Shown here one piece after another: positions 1 to 13,560 of a stretch of DNA of 64,000 nucleotides. The stretch comes from Octopus bimaculoides (lineage: Eukaryota). Positions within the stretch are counted from its first letter, which is position 1; each line of letters begins with the position of its first letter. Position numbers and translations under genes: made by a program. Below the pieces are notes generated by a model, which did no database searches, was not told where the DNA came from, and saw only the letters and a list, made by a program, of their open reading frames with translations. The stretch covers positions 161,080,773 to 161,144,772 of the forward strand of contig NC_068983.1 of NCBI RefSeq assembly GCF_001194135.2, given 5' to 3'.

Positions 1-117
1 ATGAAGGGTCACTTCCCTGTGTTTACTTGTCCTGTTTTCCATTTTCTCTCGTTGTTTACGTATTTCATGCTATTTGCGCCATTGGTGACGTTCTGTACCC
101 ATTTATGCATGTATGTA

Positions 118-182
<65 letters not shown>

Positions 183-368
183 ATATACACATATTTATAT
201 ATATATTATTTATTTATTTATTATTTAATTGAACGCGACTCATCCATTTTCCCAGTAAGTTTATATGTGTGTGTGTGTGTGTGTCTGTCTGTGTGTCTGT
301 ATGTATGTGCACATATATATNNNNNNNNNNGTGTGTGTGTCTGTCTGTGTGTCTGTATGTATGTGCAC

Positions 369-400
<32 letters not shown>

Positions 401-1578
401 ATGTGTGTGTTTGTGTTTATGTGTATGTATATACATGTATATATATGCATATATATATGTATGTATGTATGTATGTATATATATGTATATATATATATAA
501 TATATATATGTATATATATATATNNNNNNNNNNNNNNNNNNNNNNNNNNNNNNNNNNNNNNNNNNNNNNNNNNNNNNNNNNTATATATGCATTTACATAT
601 ATATATGCATACACGCACGAACACACACGCATACACACGCACGCAAGCGCACACACACGCGCACACACATAATTACATTTGCTCCCCTTTATTAACACTT
701 TCATTTTGTCTAATTTCCTTACAATCCAAATAAATATTTTGAAATACATTCTCCCTATTCATATTGCTAATAAGGTAATAATGTCTTGCAGCTTTCTAGA
801 TGTTTCCTAAAGAGGAAATCAAGATGAAATCAATAAGAAATATAATCCACTGAATTATTTAATTATAGATTTTTTTTAATAACGTCGGCGACGAAAGAGT
901 AGACATCTCATAAAAACTGAATTATTGCTGATAAATTAGAAAATCTCTCGCTCTAAAACCGAGCCATAATTCTCTTGGCTGATTATGTTGGAGTTATTAT
1001 CGATAAGCTTCAGTAGATGGTGCTTTTGTCGCCAGCTAACCTCGCACATCCTAATCAAGAGATATTGCCAAAGTCGTTGATCACGGTCTGGAAATGTTAG
1101 ACTTCGAGGTTTCCTTTTCTATAACATGCCAATTTCTATTCCGATTTATAATTAAACCTCAACTTTCCTTTCCTATTTTTTAATCATTCTTTATTGATTG
1201 CGTTTTATTTTATTGACTTAAAGTGATAATGATTTAGATAGATATTAAGTGGAGTCCGACCATAACCCTCTTTAAAAACGAGAGCTAACATGCCAAGCAA
1301 TGATGCAATCAGATATTTTACATCCATTCATCGAGTTTGATGAATATGAGTGATATGCAGTTTCGCATTCTGCAGACTTATACCTTCAGAGTAAACGTAG
1401 GGTGGGATTATTCTAGGAAGCAAACATTTCTGGTTAGACCATATTTCCAGTCCTGGGGTGTTCAAATATAACAGAAGTTATGAAAAGTGAGTTTTTGGAG
1501 TGTTTTGTTAGCGGTAGTGAGCGGCTTACTAGTTCACAGATTCAGAAGCTATTCTAGTACTTCTAGGGGAAAGAGAGA

Positions 1579-1627
<49 letters not shown>

Positions 1628-1989
1628 TAGTGCATATTTTTATAAGCATTTGCTGCATTATTTATTTATTCATTTATTTATTTATTTATAAGTTGATGTC
1701 CAGATAATGTTCGTAGCAACGGTGTGCTCTGTAGAAACTCAGCAAATTATCTGGGTAGATGAGTTTAATGTATTTATGTGAAAGTCGAATCTTTGGGATA
1801 AAGAAACGCATGTTTGTGGAGTTCCGCTATGCTCTATTCATAAGTAGAAAGTGTTGTTAGATTGTTTTTAGGATACGTGTATTAAATGTGTTTTAATTGT
1901 TGCGAAAAAGGAAGGCTGTTATGTTCTCAATAGAAGATTTTGCTTCGAATTTTTTTTACCATAGAAGTAGTGCAACTCTAGTGTGTGGT

Positions 1990-3080
1990 GTCAGGGTGGC
2001 ATAGGGACGAGTAATGCACGATACAACATGTATCGGAGTACATATGGTAAAAGTAAATGGTCATTAATGTATAAAACAGTGTAGGAGTCATTACCAAATT
2101 CTGCAACATACGGAATCCATTGTATGTGGGTCGTAGTGACAAGAAAGATGTGAATCATGATGTGAGAAACAGCTGGAACCCTTAGACTGGTAACTTTGCA
2201 AAATGCTACCGTATCAGTCGCAATCAAAGTCTTTATTGTATCCAAAGAGGCAACATGAATTCGTTGATGCTTTAAATGTAGTAGATTTGGCTCTATGTGC
2301 ACTATATTGGTGATTTTGAAGGGGAAAGACAGTTGTTTACGACTTCAACATCTCTTTTCAGAAGTGTAAATGTGTGATAGTATCGGATGTTTCTACGGGT
2401 TAGAGTCGATTCTTTTTAGTGAGAGAGAATAACAGAGAATAAGAGCTTGGTTGGGAGAGGGGAATGGAAGGAACTGGAATCAAAAGAAGAAGCATTGGAA
2501 CATTATATGCATGAACGATACTACGAAGCCATCTTGACTTGTTTAAGGAGTATTGGACTGAAGTATTCTGCAAAAATTTTGCAAAAAGTTTGCTACAATT
2601 TAGAAAGATAGAGAGCCTGTATAACACCACCATTTGCTTTCTTGATGTTCATTTAACAAACGTTGCGATATGTAAACGTTAGTGTTGCTCAGTCATTTCT
2701 TGCAAGAGTTGTAGGCAGAGTTCTTCATTAACTGCGTTTATTAGGTAGCTGAGCGTAGGTGAATTTCGAAGTGAGCTGGTTCGAGAGTTACCTCGAACGC
2801 GCCTTTAAAAGATAGCAAGAGATGATATTCTTAATGCAAAGTTAAAGATTTAAAGATCAGAGTATTCGGATAGTTAGTATGTCTGCCAAAGATACGGGGC
2901 TGGAGGAAATGCTAACCAGAACAGACAGCATGGCAACTGTTTTGGCCTCTACGCTCGTGAAGTCTGTATCCGAGATGAATTTTGCACACCGAAGTATCTG
3001 GAGATGATGACGTCAAATATAAGGGACTTGAATTATTTGTCTTCTGTGTAAGGCAAGAAGCGGTGGACTGACTCAACCAA
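1990..3080 (-). mobile_element. Highly decayed Penelope-like retroelement RT relic (tentative)
   Basis: Manual minus-strand translation across stops and frameshifts gives, in the expected order: HFLQPRIFGRHTNYP (N-terminal HFL..C..P-like), FAEYFSPILL, SSFDSSSFHSPLP (SFDV.SLFT.P-like), SLDT (FLD-like) and HDSHL..HYDPHT..RI (YL..S.HP...RICS-like). Every motif is degenerate. Confidence 0.4.
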
Positions 3081-3115
3081 AACGATTTAATTTGTTGTCA
3101 TTGATGTTAAAATTA

Positions 3116-3133
3116 TAGTAGTAGTAGTAATAT

Positions 3134-3178
<45 letters not shown>

Positions 3179-3185
3179 CAGCAGC

Positions 3186-3242
<57 letters not shown>

Positions 3243-3300
3243 TGTTGTTTTTGTTGTTGTTTTTGTTTTTGCTGATGTCAATGACGATGGACATGATAGC
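3116..3300. repeat. (TAG)n/(CAG)n/(TTG)n compound trinucleotide microsatellite
   Basis: Direct reading. Confidence 0.95.
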
Positions 3301-4315
3301 CGTGATGATGTACCTGATGTATTTCATTAATATTTCTAATATTGTCAATGCTTTTGATACTGTATTTTATTTTGTGTAAACATAACAATACCGATTCCTT
3401 CTTCCTCCTCTCCCTTCTCCTTCTCCTCCTCCTCCTACCCCAACCTCTCTCCCGCGTCCGCACTCACACCTTCTCCACCAACCACTATTTAAAGAAATGC
3501 AAATTTCATGTTTGAAATATGGTGGACAACAAAAAGACAATATAGAGAAATAACAACATCAAGGAAATAACTAAAACTGTGATTATAAAAAAATAAGACG
3601 ACGACGACGATGACAACAACAACAACAACAACAACATCAACAATGATGACGTGGATGACGAGGGGAAAAATACGGAGCAAAAGAAGCAAGAATAATATTA
3701 GTAATAAGTCAACAGAACTAATAAATATCGAATCACATGGCCACCGGTAGCTGAGCATTATGTAGTACCAGGAGACGACTAGCGATCTACAGACAGTATG
3801 TCTGTGAATACACGCCAACATATCTGTCAAGCATATGAGTTTGTTATAGGTTACTGTCTAGACGGTGCCAGAGGTTTGGCCGCCACCTTATGGTTTTGTA
3901 AATTTTCCATCATCTAGTCTATGTGAATTGTACAAAGTTAGTTGTTCAACGATATATATATATATATATATCAGATATATATATATATATATATNNNNNN
4001 NNNNNNNNNNNNNNNNNNNNNNNNNNNNNNNNNNNNNNNNNNNNNNNNNNNNNNNNNNNNNNNNNNNNNNNNNNNNNNNNNNNNNNNNNNNNNNNNNNNN
4101 NNNNNNNNNNNNNNNNNNNNNNNNNNNNNNNNNNNNNNNNNNNNNNNNNNNNNNNNNNNNNNNNNNNNNNNNNNNNNNNNNNNNNNNNNNNNNNNNNNNN
4201 NNNNNNNNNNNNNNNNNNNNNNNNNNNNNNNNNNNNNNNNNNNNNNNNNNNNNNNNNNNNNNNNNGTGCATTACTTGTTAGTCGCGCTGAATTTTTCATT
4301 GCTTTATTCTGCTCT

Positions 4316-4318
4316 ATG

Positions 4319-4351
<33 letters not shown>

Positions 4352-4629
4352 CGCGCGCGCCTGTGTGTGTACGTGCGTGTGTATGTGTGTGTGTGTATGT
4401 GTGTGTGTGTGTGCGTGCGTGTGTGAGTGTGTGCGCTCGTGGTAAAATGGTATGCATATTATCTGTGTATCTATGTGTATGCGTGTGTGTATACATTTGT
4501 ATATATTTATGTGTGTCTGTACGTACATTCGTAAATATGTGTGTGTGTGTATGTGTGTGTGTGTGTGTGCAAACATGCTTGTTTATAAACACACTCGAAC
4601 ACAACACAAACGCTTATACATACATGCAT

Positions 4630-4672
<43 letters not shown>

Positions 4673-4741
4673 CGTGTGTGTGTATATGTATGTATGTATC
4701 AGTGACTGAGTGTTGTGTGTGTGTGTGTGTGTGTGTGTATG

Positions 4742-4774
<33 letters not shown>

Positions 4775-4995
4775 GTGTATGTGTGTATGTATGTATGTGT
4801 GTATCAGTGACTGAATGTGTGTGTGAGCATATGTGTGTGTGTGTGTGTTTGTGCGTGCCTGCCTGCATGCGCGCCTGTAAGCGTAATATGAAAAGCAAGT
4901 AGTATTTGTAAATAATTCATAGACACACAAACATACACGCACGCGCGCACATACGCACGCGCGCACATACACACACACAAGCATATCTATATCTA

Positions 4996-5025
<30 letters not shown>
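4316..5025. repeat. Long compound (TG)n/(CG)n/(TATG)n/(TA)n microsatellite tract
   Basis: Direct reading; source of the HTHT/CVCV ORFs. Confidence 0.95.
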
Positions 5026-5026
<1 letters not shown>

Positions 5027-5485
5027 TCATATTCTCTCTTGTAGACAGTGAATACGATGACATATTAAAATCACTTAATTCCGATATCAGAATATGACTA
5101 CCATTCATACAGTGCTTTTGTTCTGATGACTAGAAACAAGAAAATAAATAACAAATATATGTAGTTAACCACTCATGCCCTATCTCCCATCCAGATTATC
5201 GATAGATATTTCTCGCAGATGCAGACAGTTTCAACGCGTACCGGGTGCTTATAGATATTCTTATTATAGGACCAATATCCAACGTATAAGTATGTAAACA
5301 AGCACACACATGAATGTATACGTGGGAGGAGGCTTCCTGAAGATGAAACCATTGGTAGCCTTGATGCTCAAATAAAGAATCTTTATCCAACAATGTGTAT
5401 TTGAACACTCATTCTCATTGTTCGTTTAGATATTAACGTGTATATCTACTATCTATCTATCATTCTATCTATCTATCTATCTCTC

Positions 5486-5525
<40 letters not shown>

Positions 5526-5586
5526 CATANNNNNNNNNNNNNNNNNNNNNNNNNNNNNNNNNNNNNNNNNNNNNNNNNNNNNNNNN

Positions 5587-5638
<52 letters not shown>

Positions 5639-5764
5639 GTATATACATACATACACACACACACACACACAAACACACATATATATGTATAATTATTACG
5701 CAAAGTAATTACTCAAATGTAGAAGTGTGCGTGTTTTATAAAGTTTTAAATACCTGCTGCATTT

Positions 5765-6160
5765 AGTATTAGTCAACTGTGGCTCAAATTTTGTACGCTA
5801 CCCAATCCAGAAGTTATTTGGCCTTCGTTGTGAATACCACAAAGTCTGGATCGGTTTTCACACTTTACGTCTTTAACTGCATCTCTATCCTTTTTATAAA
5901 TCAAGTACTTGGTTGATATTTCTTGTTCCTGGCTTACTCTCAAAATGGGAGGTAGTAATCTGGTAATTGGTCCATGATAAACTGCTTTGATAATCGATGT
6001 TACTATCATCACGGAGATTTGTAGTAACATATCCATGCAAAGTCTTCTGCTCATATAAGCTTATCTTTTCATCTGATGATACGTTGGGTAAGAGTTGTGT
6101 GACTTATTTGGGCATGTTTTCTAGGTTATCAGACAAAGAGCGTTGGTCAAGGAGCTGCGT
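5765..6160 (-). mobile_element. R4/Dong-like (RLE) non-LTR retrotransposon fragment, same family as 13560-14820
   Basis: QEQEISTKYLIYKKDRD..KCENRSRLC aligns with QEQEISTKYLIHKRDKD..KCDNRRRLC in the 14 kb copy; clear nucleotide similarity. Confidence 0.8.
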
Positions 6161-6234
6161 ATGTATGTATGTATGTATGTATGTATGTATGTATGTATGT
6201 ATGTATGTAGGTAGGTAGGTAGGTAGGTATATGC

Positions 6235-6698
6235 GAACTTTAGGTTAGTTACAATACGTTTGTTTGTGGAATATTTCAACTTCTAAAGGTAAATTCACTG
6301 CAGATACTGTGGAGAAAATTTTTCTCTGGCGGTAAAAAGGTGTAAAAACACCATAATTGCCCGATGCTATTCACTGTCGGATTCCCAGACACGTTTCTGG
6401 CTGCTTAGCCGTTATCAATGGGAAATACCTAAGAGAGGCAACTCTGGGGAGACATAACTAAAGCTTTGGCTTTAATTTAACACAATCAACAACATTGTAT
6501 GAGTCGTGCCATTAGACTGCCAGGTAGAACGAATTTCAGCACCAAGCAGTGTTTGGGCATAAGAGCAAACTTTAGGTTAGTTAAAATATGTTTTACACCT
6601 TTTTAGCATAAGAGATGATTTTTCCCCACAGTAACTATTATGAATTTGCTTTTAGAAGTTGAAATATGTCACATACATTCTCTACTAATCTAAAGTTT
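6235..6698. repeat. Inverted pair of ~115-130 bp MITE-like units
   Basis: 6235-6350 is the imperfect reverse complement of 6585-6698. Unit 6567-6698 has short TIRs aaactttaggttagt...actaatctaaagttt. Confidence 0.6.
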
Positions 6699-7054
6699 GG
6701 ATCTTGTTCAAAACGGGGGCACCAGTTTTCATTAATGTTTTATGTAGTGTTTTTGATACCGAAAGACTTTCAAACTTCGTATACTTATCTATTTTGTGTT
6801 ATAGAACAGAAAAAAATTTTTGTATTCGAATTTATTTCATGTAAAAAATTGTCTTATTTCGATAATTTCAACCAATCACTGACAAGTATTCAGCTGTTTA
6901 TACTTACTCCTTTGGCAGTTTAAGCGGTGTAAAGCGTATTTAATCTCCATTTATAATTTCGTTAACATCTGCCTGAACTGTATGTGTACAACATTTGCTT
7001 TTTTCATTTTCTTTCACGCGTGTTTATTTTGTTAACATCTGCCTGAACTGTATG
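6699..7054 (+). mobile_element. GG..CC MITE (Merlin-like), subfamily 2, left arm, runs into gap
   Basis: Starts ggatcttgttcaaaacgggggcaccag; ~190 bp nearly identical to the left arm of 21035-21688; internal sequence differs. Confidence 0.85.
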
Positions 7055-7806
7055 NNNNNNNNNNNNNNNNNNNNNNNNNNNNNNNNNNNNNNNNNNNNNN
7101 NNNNNNNNNNNNNNNNNNNNNNNNNNNNNNNNNNNNNNNNNNNNNNNNNNNNNNNNNNNNNNNNNNNNNNNNNNNNNNNNNNNNNNNNNNNNNNNNNNNN
7201 NNNNNNNNNNNNNNNNNNNNNNNNNNNNNNNNNNNNNNNNNNNNNNNNNNNNNNNNNNNNNNNNNNNNNNNNNNNNNNNNNNNNNNNNNNNNNNNNNNNN
7301 NNNNNNNNNNNNNNNNNNNNNNNNNNNNNNNNNNNNNNNNNNNNNNNNNNNNNNNNNNNNNNNNNNNNNNNNNNNNNNNNNNNNNNNNNNNNNNNNNNNN
7401 NNNNNNNNNNNNNNNNNNNNNNNNNNNNNNNNNNNNNNNNNNNNNNNNNNNNNNNNNNNNNNNNNNNNNNNNNNNNNNNNNNNNNNNNNNNNNNNNNNNN
7501 NNNNNNNNNNNNNNNNNNNNNNNNNNNNNNNNNNNNNNNNNNNNNNNNNNNNNNNNNNNNNNNNNNNNNNNNNNNNNNNNNNNNNNNNNNNNNNNNNNNN
7601 NNNNNNNNNNNNNNNNNNNNNNNNNNNNNNNNNNNNNNNNNNNNNNNNNNNNNNNNNNNNNNNNNNNNNNNNNNNNNNNNNNNNNNNNNNNNNNNNNNNN
7701 NNNNNNNNNNNNNNNNNNNNNNNNNNNNNNNNNNNNNNNNNNNNNNNNNNNNNNNNNNNNNNNNNNNNNNNNNNNNNNNNNNNNNNNNNNNNNNNNNNNN
7801 NNNNNN

Positions 7807-7855
<49 letters not shown>

Positions 7856-8087
7856 ACAGACCTTTGTGACAACAGGCTGTGTGTTTTGCTTTGTTTTTGT
7901 GCCACTTAGAGGCACTGTATCAAAGTATAGCTATATCTTGCTGTTCTGACAAGGAGATTAAGCTTGCATAGGTTGCATCTTAATCGGTTTTCTATTCGCT
8001 TCCCTGTAGAACGGTTCGTTGATGTAAATCCTGCAATGTTTCTTTGTGTCTCTGTCTTCTCTTTTCCTCATTTCCTTATCCCTGTAG

Positions 8088-8385
8088 TTCGTGGCTCAAT
8101 GGTTAGTGTATTCAGCTCACGGTCGTAAGGTCGTAGTGAGTTCGATTCCCGGCGGTGCGTTGTGTCTCTTGAGCTAGACATTATTTCACACTACTTCAGT
8201 TCACTCAGCTGGCAAAAATAAGCGGTACCTGTATTTCAAAGGGCCAGCCTTGTCACACTTTGTGTCCCATTGATTCTCCCTGATAACTACGTAAGGATAC
8301 ACGTGTCTGTGGAGTGCTCAGCCATTTGCGCGTTGATTTATCGTACACGCTGTTCCGTTAATCGGATCAACTGGAACACCTAAAT
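8088..8385 (+). mobile_element. tRNA-derived SINE (family C tail, CORE-like body)
   Basis: A box tggctcaatgg, B box gttcgattcc, body gcgttgtgtctcttgagc; 3' half shared with 38606-38989. Confidence 0.85.
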
Positions 8386-8685
8386 TCACAACTGACAGTT
8401 ATGTATAATATCCACCTTAGTGACGTCACTGTCTGATTATGTATTTGTTTAAATCTGCTTCATTAGACATGGTTCTGTAGCGGACAATATCTCACGGAAT
8501 TGTTTTCCATTTGGAACAAAATCGTAACACAGGACAACAAAACATCGGGACAGGATAGATGATACAAAGCCAGATAGGAAAAACAACATTTAGAGGGACA
8601 AGAAAAAAAAGGAGGATCATTCGTGGCCTTCTTTCGTCAGTCAAGTTACCAGATGTCCTTACAGTTTCAGGCAGTTACACTTGAT

Positions 8686-8717
<32 letters not shown>

Positions 8718-9491
8718 ATATATATATATATANNNNNNNNNNNNNNNNNNNNNNNNNNNNNNNNNNNNNNNNNNNNNNNNNNNNNNNNNNNNNNNNNNNN
8801 NNNNNNNNNNNNNNNNNNNNNNNNNNNNNNNNNNNNNNNNNNNNNNNNNNNNNNNNNNNNNNNNNNNNNNNNNNNNNNNNNNNNNNNNNNNNNNNNNNNN
8901 NNNNNNNNNNNNNNNNNNNNNNNNNNNNNNNNNNNNNNNNNNNNNNNNNNNNNNNNNNNNNNNNNNNNNNNNNNNNNNNNNNNNNNNNNNNNNNNNNNNN
9001 NNNNNNNNNNNNNNNNNNNNNNNNNNNNNNNNNNNNNNNNNNNNNNNNNNNNNNNNNNNNNNNNNNNNNNNNNNNNNNNNNNNNNNNNNNNNNNNNNNNN
9101 NNNNNNNNNNNNNNNNNNNNNNNNNNNNNNNNNNNNNNNNNNNNNNNNNNNNNNNNNNNNNNNNNNNNNNNNNNNNNNNNNNNNNNNNNNNNNNNNNNNN
9201 NNNNNNNNNNNNNNNNNNNNNNNNNNNNNNNNNNNNNNNNNNNNNNNNNNNNNNNNNNNNNNNNNNNNNNNNNNNNNNNNNNNNNNNNNNNNNNNNNNNN
9301 NNNNNNNNNNNNNNNNNNNNNNNNNNNNNNNNNNNNNNNNNNNNNNNNNNNNNNNNNNNNNNNNNNNNNNNNNNNNNNNNNNNNNNNNNNNNNNNNNNNN
9401 NNNNNNNNNNNNNNNNNNNNNNNNNNNNNNNNNNNNNNNNNNNNNNNNNNNNNNNNNNNNNNNNNNNNNNNNNNNNNNNNNNNNNNNNNNN

Positions 9492-9553
9492 AGACAGACG
9501 AAATACTGCTAAGCATTTCGCGCGGCGTGCTAACGTTTCTGCCAGCTCGCCGC
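9492..9553 (-). mobile_element. SINE family A head (rest in gap)
   Basis: Reverse complement of gcggcgagctggcagaaacgttagcacgcc..cttagc. Confidence 0.85.
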
Positions 9554-9858
9554 TTTATATAATTTATACATTGATCTGTCAAACCTGCTTATTACATTTA
9601 CTTCTACAAATATATATATATATATATATATATAAACAAATAGTAAATGAGTATATGCATATATACGTACAGGTATGTGCATACCGACATCCACCTGTAT
9701 GTATAGGTGCATATCTGGGTACAGGACATTGCAAACAAAACGTAGACGAGAAAACACACAAGCCACATAGAGAACATTCTTCTTCATCAGCTACCCCCGT
9801 TTTAATATATACATATTTACATACATATGTATACATACACTCGCGCGCGCACACACAC

Positions 9859-9901
<43 letters not shown>

Positions 9902-9924
9902 ATGGGCGTTCAAAAACGACATTC

Positions 9925-10030
9925 CCTCACAAGGTATTCGTGGGCCCGGGGCTATAGTAGAAGACACTTGTTAGGAGTGCTGCGCATAGGGACCGAACCC
10001 GAAATCAAGTGACGCTTAACCATGGCACTT
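9925..10030 (-). mobile_element. SINE family B fragment
   Basis: gctatagtagaagacacttg..accgaacccg matches family B head/core. Confidence 0.75.
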
Positions 10031-10165
10031 AACCATATATGTGTGCGTGCATACATGTATGTATGTATATATGTGTGCATGTTTGTATGCATGTGTGTGT
10101 GTGATTATTATGATTATTATTAATAATTTCAACGCATGCGTGTACACACATATACATACACACAT

Positions 10166-10404
10166 ATTTAAACATGGCTATATATTCTGAGTGTTCTAAC
10201 AGATCATAATGTGATCCTTGTATTGAACTTTGTACACCCTGATTATTTTCCATCCAATGTATTTTAAAATGCAAAATTATATATTAATATATGTTTTGTA
10301 GTTATAATTTTGTTTGTGAAATGAAACAATTGTAGGTGAATATGTTTATTAATTAATACATTAATTTGTATCCATTAGATTTCTTTGTTTTCAAACTTAA
10401 TAAA

Positions 10405-10410
<6 letters not shown>
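10166..10410 (+). repeat. Half copy of the 29.2-29.7 kb foldback element
   Basis: Aligns over ~240 bp with 29425-29659 (ttaaacatg..ttgaactttgtacaccct..gaaatgaaacaattgta..tatccattag). Confidence 0.85.
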
Positions 10411-10451
<41 letters not shown>

Positions 10452-11107
10452 NNNNNNNNNNNNNNNNNNNNNNNNNNNNNNNNNNNNNNNNNNNNNNNNN
10501 NNNNNNNNNNNNNNNNNNNNNNNNNNNNNNNNNNNNNNNNNNNNNNNNNNNNNNNNNNNNNNNNNNNNNNNNNNNNNNNNNNNNNNNNNNNNNNNNNNNN
10601 NNNNNNNNNNNNNNNNNNNNNNNNNNNNNNNNNNNNNNNNNNNNNNNNNNNNNNNNNNNNNNNNNNNNNNNNNNNNNNNNNNNNNNNNNNNNNNNNNNNN
10701 NNNNNNNNNNNNNNNNNNNNNNNNNNNNNNNNNNNNNNNNNNNNNNNNNNNNNNNNNNNNNNNNNNNNNNNNNNNNNNNNNNNNNNNNNNNNNNNNNNNN
10801 NNNNNNNNNNNNNNNNNNNNNNNNNNNNNNNNNNNNNNNNNNNNNNNNNNNNNNNNNNNNNNNNNNNNNNNNNNNNNNNNNNNNNNNNNNNNNNNNNNNN
10901 NNNNNNNNNNNNNNNNNNNNNNNNNNNNNNNNNNNNNNNNNNNNNNNNNNNNNNNNNNNNNNNNNNNNNNNNNNNNNNNNNNNNNNNNNNNNNNNNNNNN
11001 NNNNNNNNNNNNNNNNNNNNNNNNNNNNNNNNNNNNNNNNNNNNNNNNNNNNNNNNNNNNNNNNNNNNNNNNNNNNNNNNNNNNNNNNNNNNNNNNNNNN
11101 NNNNNNN

Positions 11108-11139
<32 letters not shown>

Positions 11140-11564
11140 TGAATATATATGAAAAGGAAAAGCATAATGAGAATGACGCCAGACGACCATTGTAAAATTC
11201 ATTAGATAGATAGCAGCCTAGAAGAGACAGATTCCACCATTTATATCTAGATTGACCCATTTACGAGTAAAATCTTACAAACATTTATATTATATATATA
11301 TATGAATATATATATATATATACCCAAACGCGCGCGCACACAGCAGCGTTAAAATATAATTCCAACAGCTTTTTAATTTATCATTTCTCTATGATCTTCA
11401 GTGTCTAGACAGTTGCTTTTACTCTGATGTATTTTGTAGTTTTAAAGCATTTAAATGCATAACAACATTTCTCAACTGTCCTATAATTTAACGAATGTGG
11501 TTATTGCTTACTTCATATACATACATACATACATACATACATACATACATGCATACATACATGT

Positions 11565-11811
11565 GAAGGCGCGCGGCCTAGTGATTATGCAGTTGCCCTC
11601 GGAATCGCGAGATTGTGGGTTCGATTCCCAGACCGGGCTGAGCAAAGCACCTTCATTTCACGTTGCTCCAGTCCGCTTTAGATCAAAGGAGAATGTTGGC
11701 CTACTCGTCTAACTAGCTGTGTGTCGTCATTCGATGGATAAAACGATGCAAAGCGCATTGCCACCAGCGATGTACAGCATCTGATAGTCTGGTCGGGCAC
11801 ACGGTCACGTG

Positions 11812-11812
<1 letters not shown>
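11565..11812 (+). mobile_element. tRNA-derived SINE (family C-type head, distinct tail)
   Basis: ggcgcgcggcctagtg..gggttcgattcccagaccggg..ttgagcaaagcac-like core..tttcacgttgctcc; tail ends gtcacgtgata. Confidence 0.8.
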
Positions 11813-11889
<77 letters not shown>

Positions 11890-12454
11890 NNNNNNNNNNN
11901 NNNNNNNNNNNNNNNNNNNNNNNNNNNNNNNNNNNNNNNNNNNNNNNNNNNNNNNNNNNNNNNNNNNNNNNNNNNNNNNNNNNNNNNNNNNNNNNNNNNN
12001 NNNNNNNNNNNNNNNNNNNNNNNNNNNNNNNNNNNNNNNNNNNNNNNNNNNNNNNNNNNNNNNNNNNNNNNNNNNNNNNNNNNNNNNNNNNNNNNNNNNN
12101 NNNNNNNNNNNNNNNNNNNNNNNNNNNNNNNNNNNNNNNNNNNNNNNNNNNNNNNNNNNNNNNNNNNNNNNNNNNNNNNNNNNNNNNNNNNNNNNNNNNN
12201 NNNNNNNNNNNNNNNNNNNNNNNNNNNNNNNNNNNNNNNNNNNNNNNNNNNNNNNNNNNNNNNNNNNNNNNNNNNNNNNNNNNNNNNNNNNNNNNNNNNN
12301 NNNNNNNNNNNNNNNNNNNNNNNNNNNNNNNNNNNNNNNNNNNNNNNNNNNNNNNNNNNNNNNNNNNNNNNNNNNNNNNNNNNNNNNNNNNNNNNNNNNN
12401 NNNNNNNNNNNNNNNNNNNNNNNNNNNNNNNNNNNNNNNNNNNNNNNTAGCATT

Positions 12455-12772
12455 TTATTTGTGTTAGTCATTGGGCTGTTACCATGCTAGGGTACCACCT
12501 TTTAGTCGAACAAATCAAGCCAACACTTTTTAAAAGACCAATGCTTATTCTATCGGGCTCTTTTCTAGGTAACGGGGACGGACACAAACCAACAAGAGTT
12601 GTCAAGTGGAGTTGGAGGACAAACACAAGCACAAAGACACACATTCATATATACATAAAACGAGCTTGTTCCAGTTTCAGTCTACCAAAATCCACAAAGT
12701 TTAGTCAGCCCGAAGCTATAGCAGAAGGCACTTGCCTAAGGTACCACGCAGTGGAGCTTAACCCGGAACCAT
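12455..12772 (-). mobile_element. SINE family B, degenerate near-full copy
   Basis: Tail, internal CA-rich linker and core all match 24408-24897. Confidence 0.8.
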
Positions 12773-12805
12773 GTATATATATATATATATATATATACAT
12801 ATATA

Positions 12806-13015
12806 TTTAAAATTTTGGCACAAGGCCAGCGATTTCCGGTAGGGAGCAGTAAGTCGATTACATCGACTCCAGTACTCAAGCCGTATTTATTTTATCGGTA
12901 CCGAAATTATGAAATGCAAAGTCGACCTCGGCGGAATTCAATCTCAGAACGTAAAGTCGGACGAAGTGCTGCTAAACATTTTGTCCGGTGTGTTAATGAT
13001 TCTGCAACATCACTG
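12806..13015 (-). mobile_element. SINE family A, old copy
   Basis: gcacaaggccagc..aagtcgattacatcgac..caaagtcgacctcggcggaatt..ctcagaacgtaaag. Confidence 0.85.
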
Positions 13016-13159
13016 TTTCCATTATAAGTTTACGTATATTAGTAGTAATTCCTCAAGTCCGAGCAAAGACGGCTCTACAATTTCCTGGTGAACAACCTGC
13101 ACATTTGATTTGGTTATAATGATCAAATATTTGTGCTGAACTAGCTCGTTCTCTCCATC

Positions 13160-13318
13160 AGTTCCACGCTGTACAACACGTTAGATGGTGAAGTGATCGC
13201 AGAGCGACGTGAGGTGTAGTGCTCTGCTTAAGAACACAAAGCACCATCCGACCCAGGAATCGAACCCGTGATTTTCGTGACTGTGTGCACAACATTCTAA
13301 CCATTAGGCCACGTGCTC
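13160..13318 (-). mobile_element. tRNA-derived SINE, same subfamily as 16030-16315
   Basis: Reverse complement has ggcctaatggttag, gggttcgattcc and tcacgtcgctctgcgatcac. Confidence 0.8.
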
Positions 13319-13322
13319 TCGC

Positions 13323-13323
13323 T

Positions 13324-13393
<70 letters not shown>

Positions 13394-13496
13394 GGACGGA
13401 CGGACGACGGACAGACAGACAGCCAGCCAGACAGACAGGCAGACAGGCAGGCAGGCAGACAGGCAGACAGACAGACAGGCAGGCATGCAGGCAGAT

Positions 13497-13535
<39 letters not shown>

Positions 13536-13560
13536 TAGATAGATAGAGAGATAGATAGAT
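13323..13560. repeat. (AGAT)n-(AGAC)n-(AGGC)n compound tetranucleotide microsatellite
   Basis: Direct reading. Confidence 0.95.

Noticed and set aside
8419-8430. Perfect CRE palindrome agtgacgtcact
   Set aside because: A single short motif with no promoter context; expected by chance.
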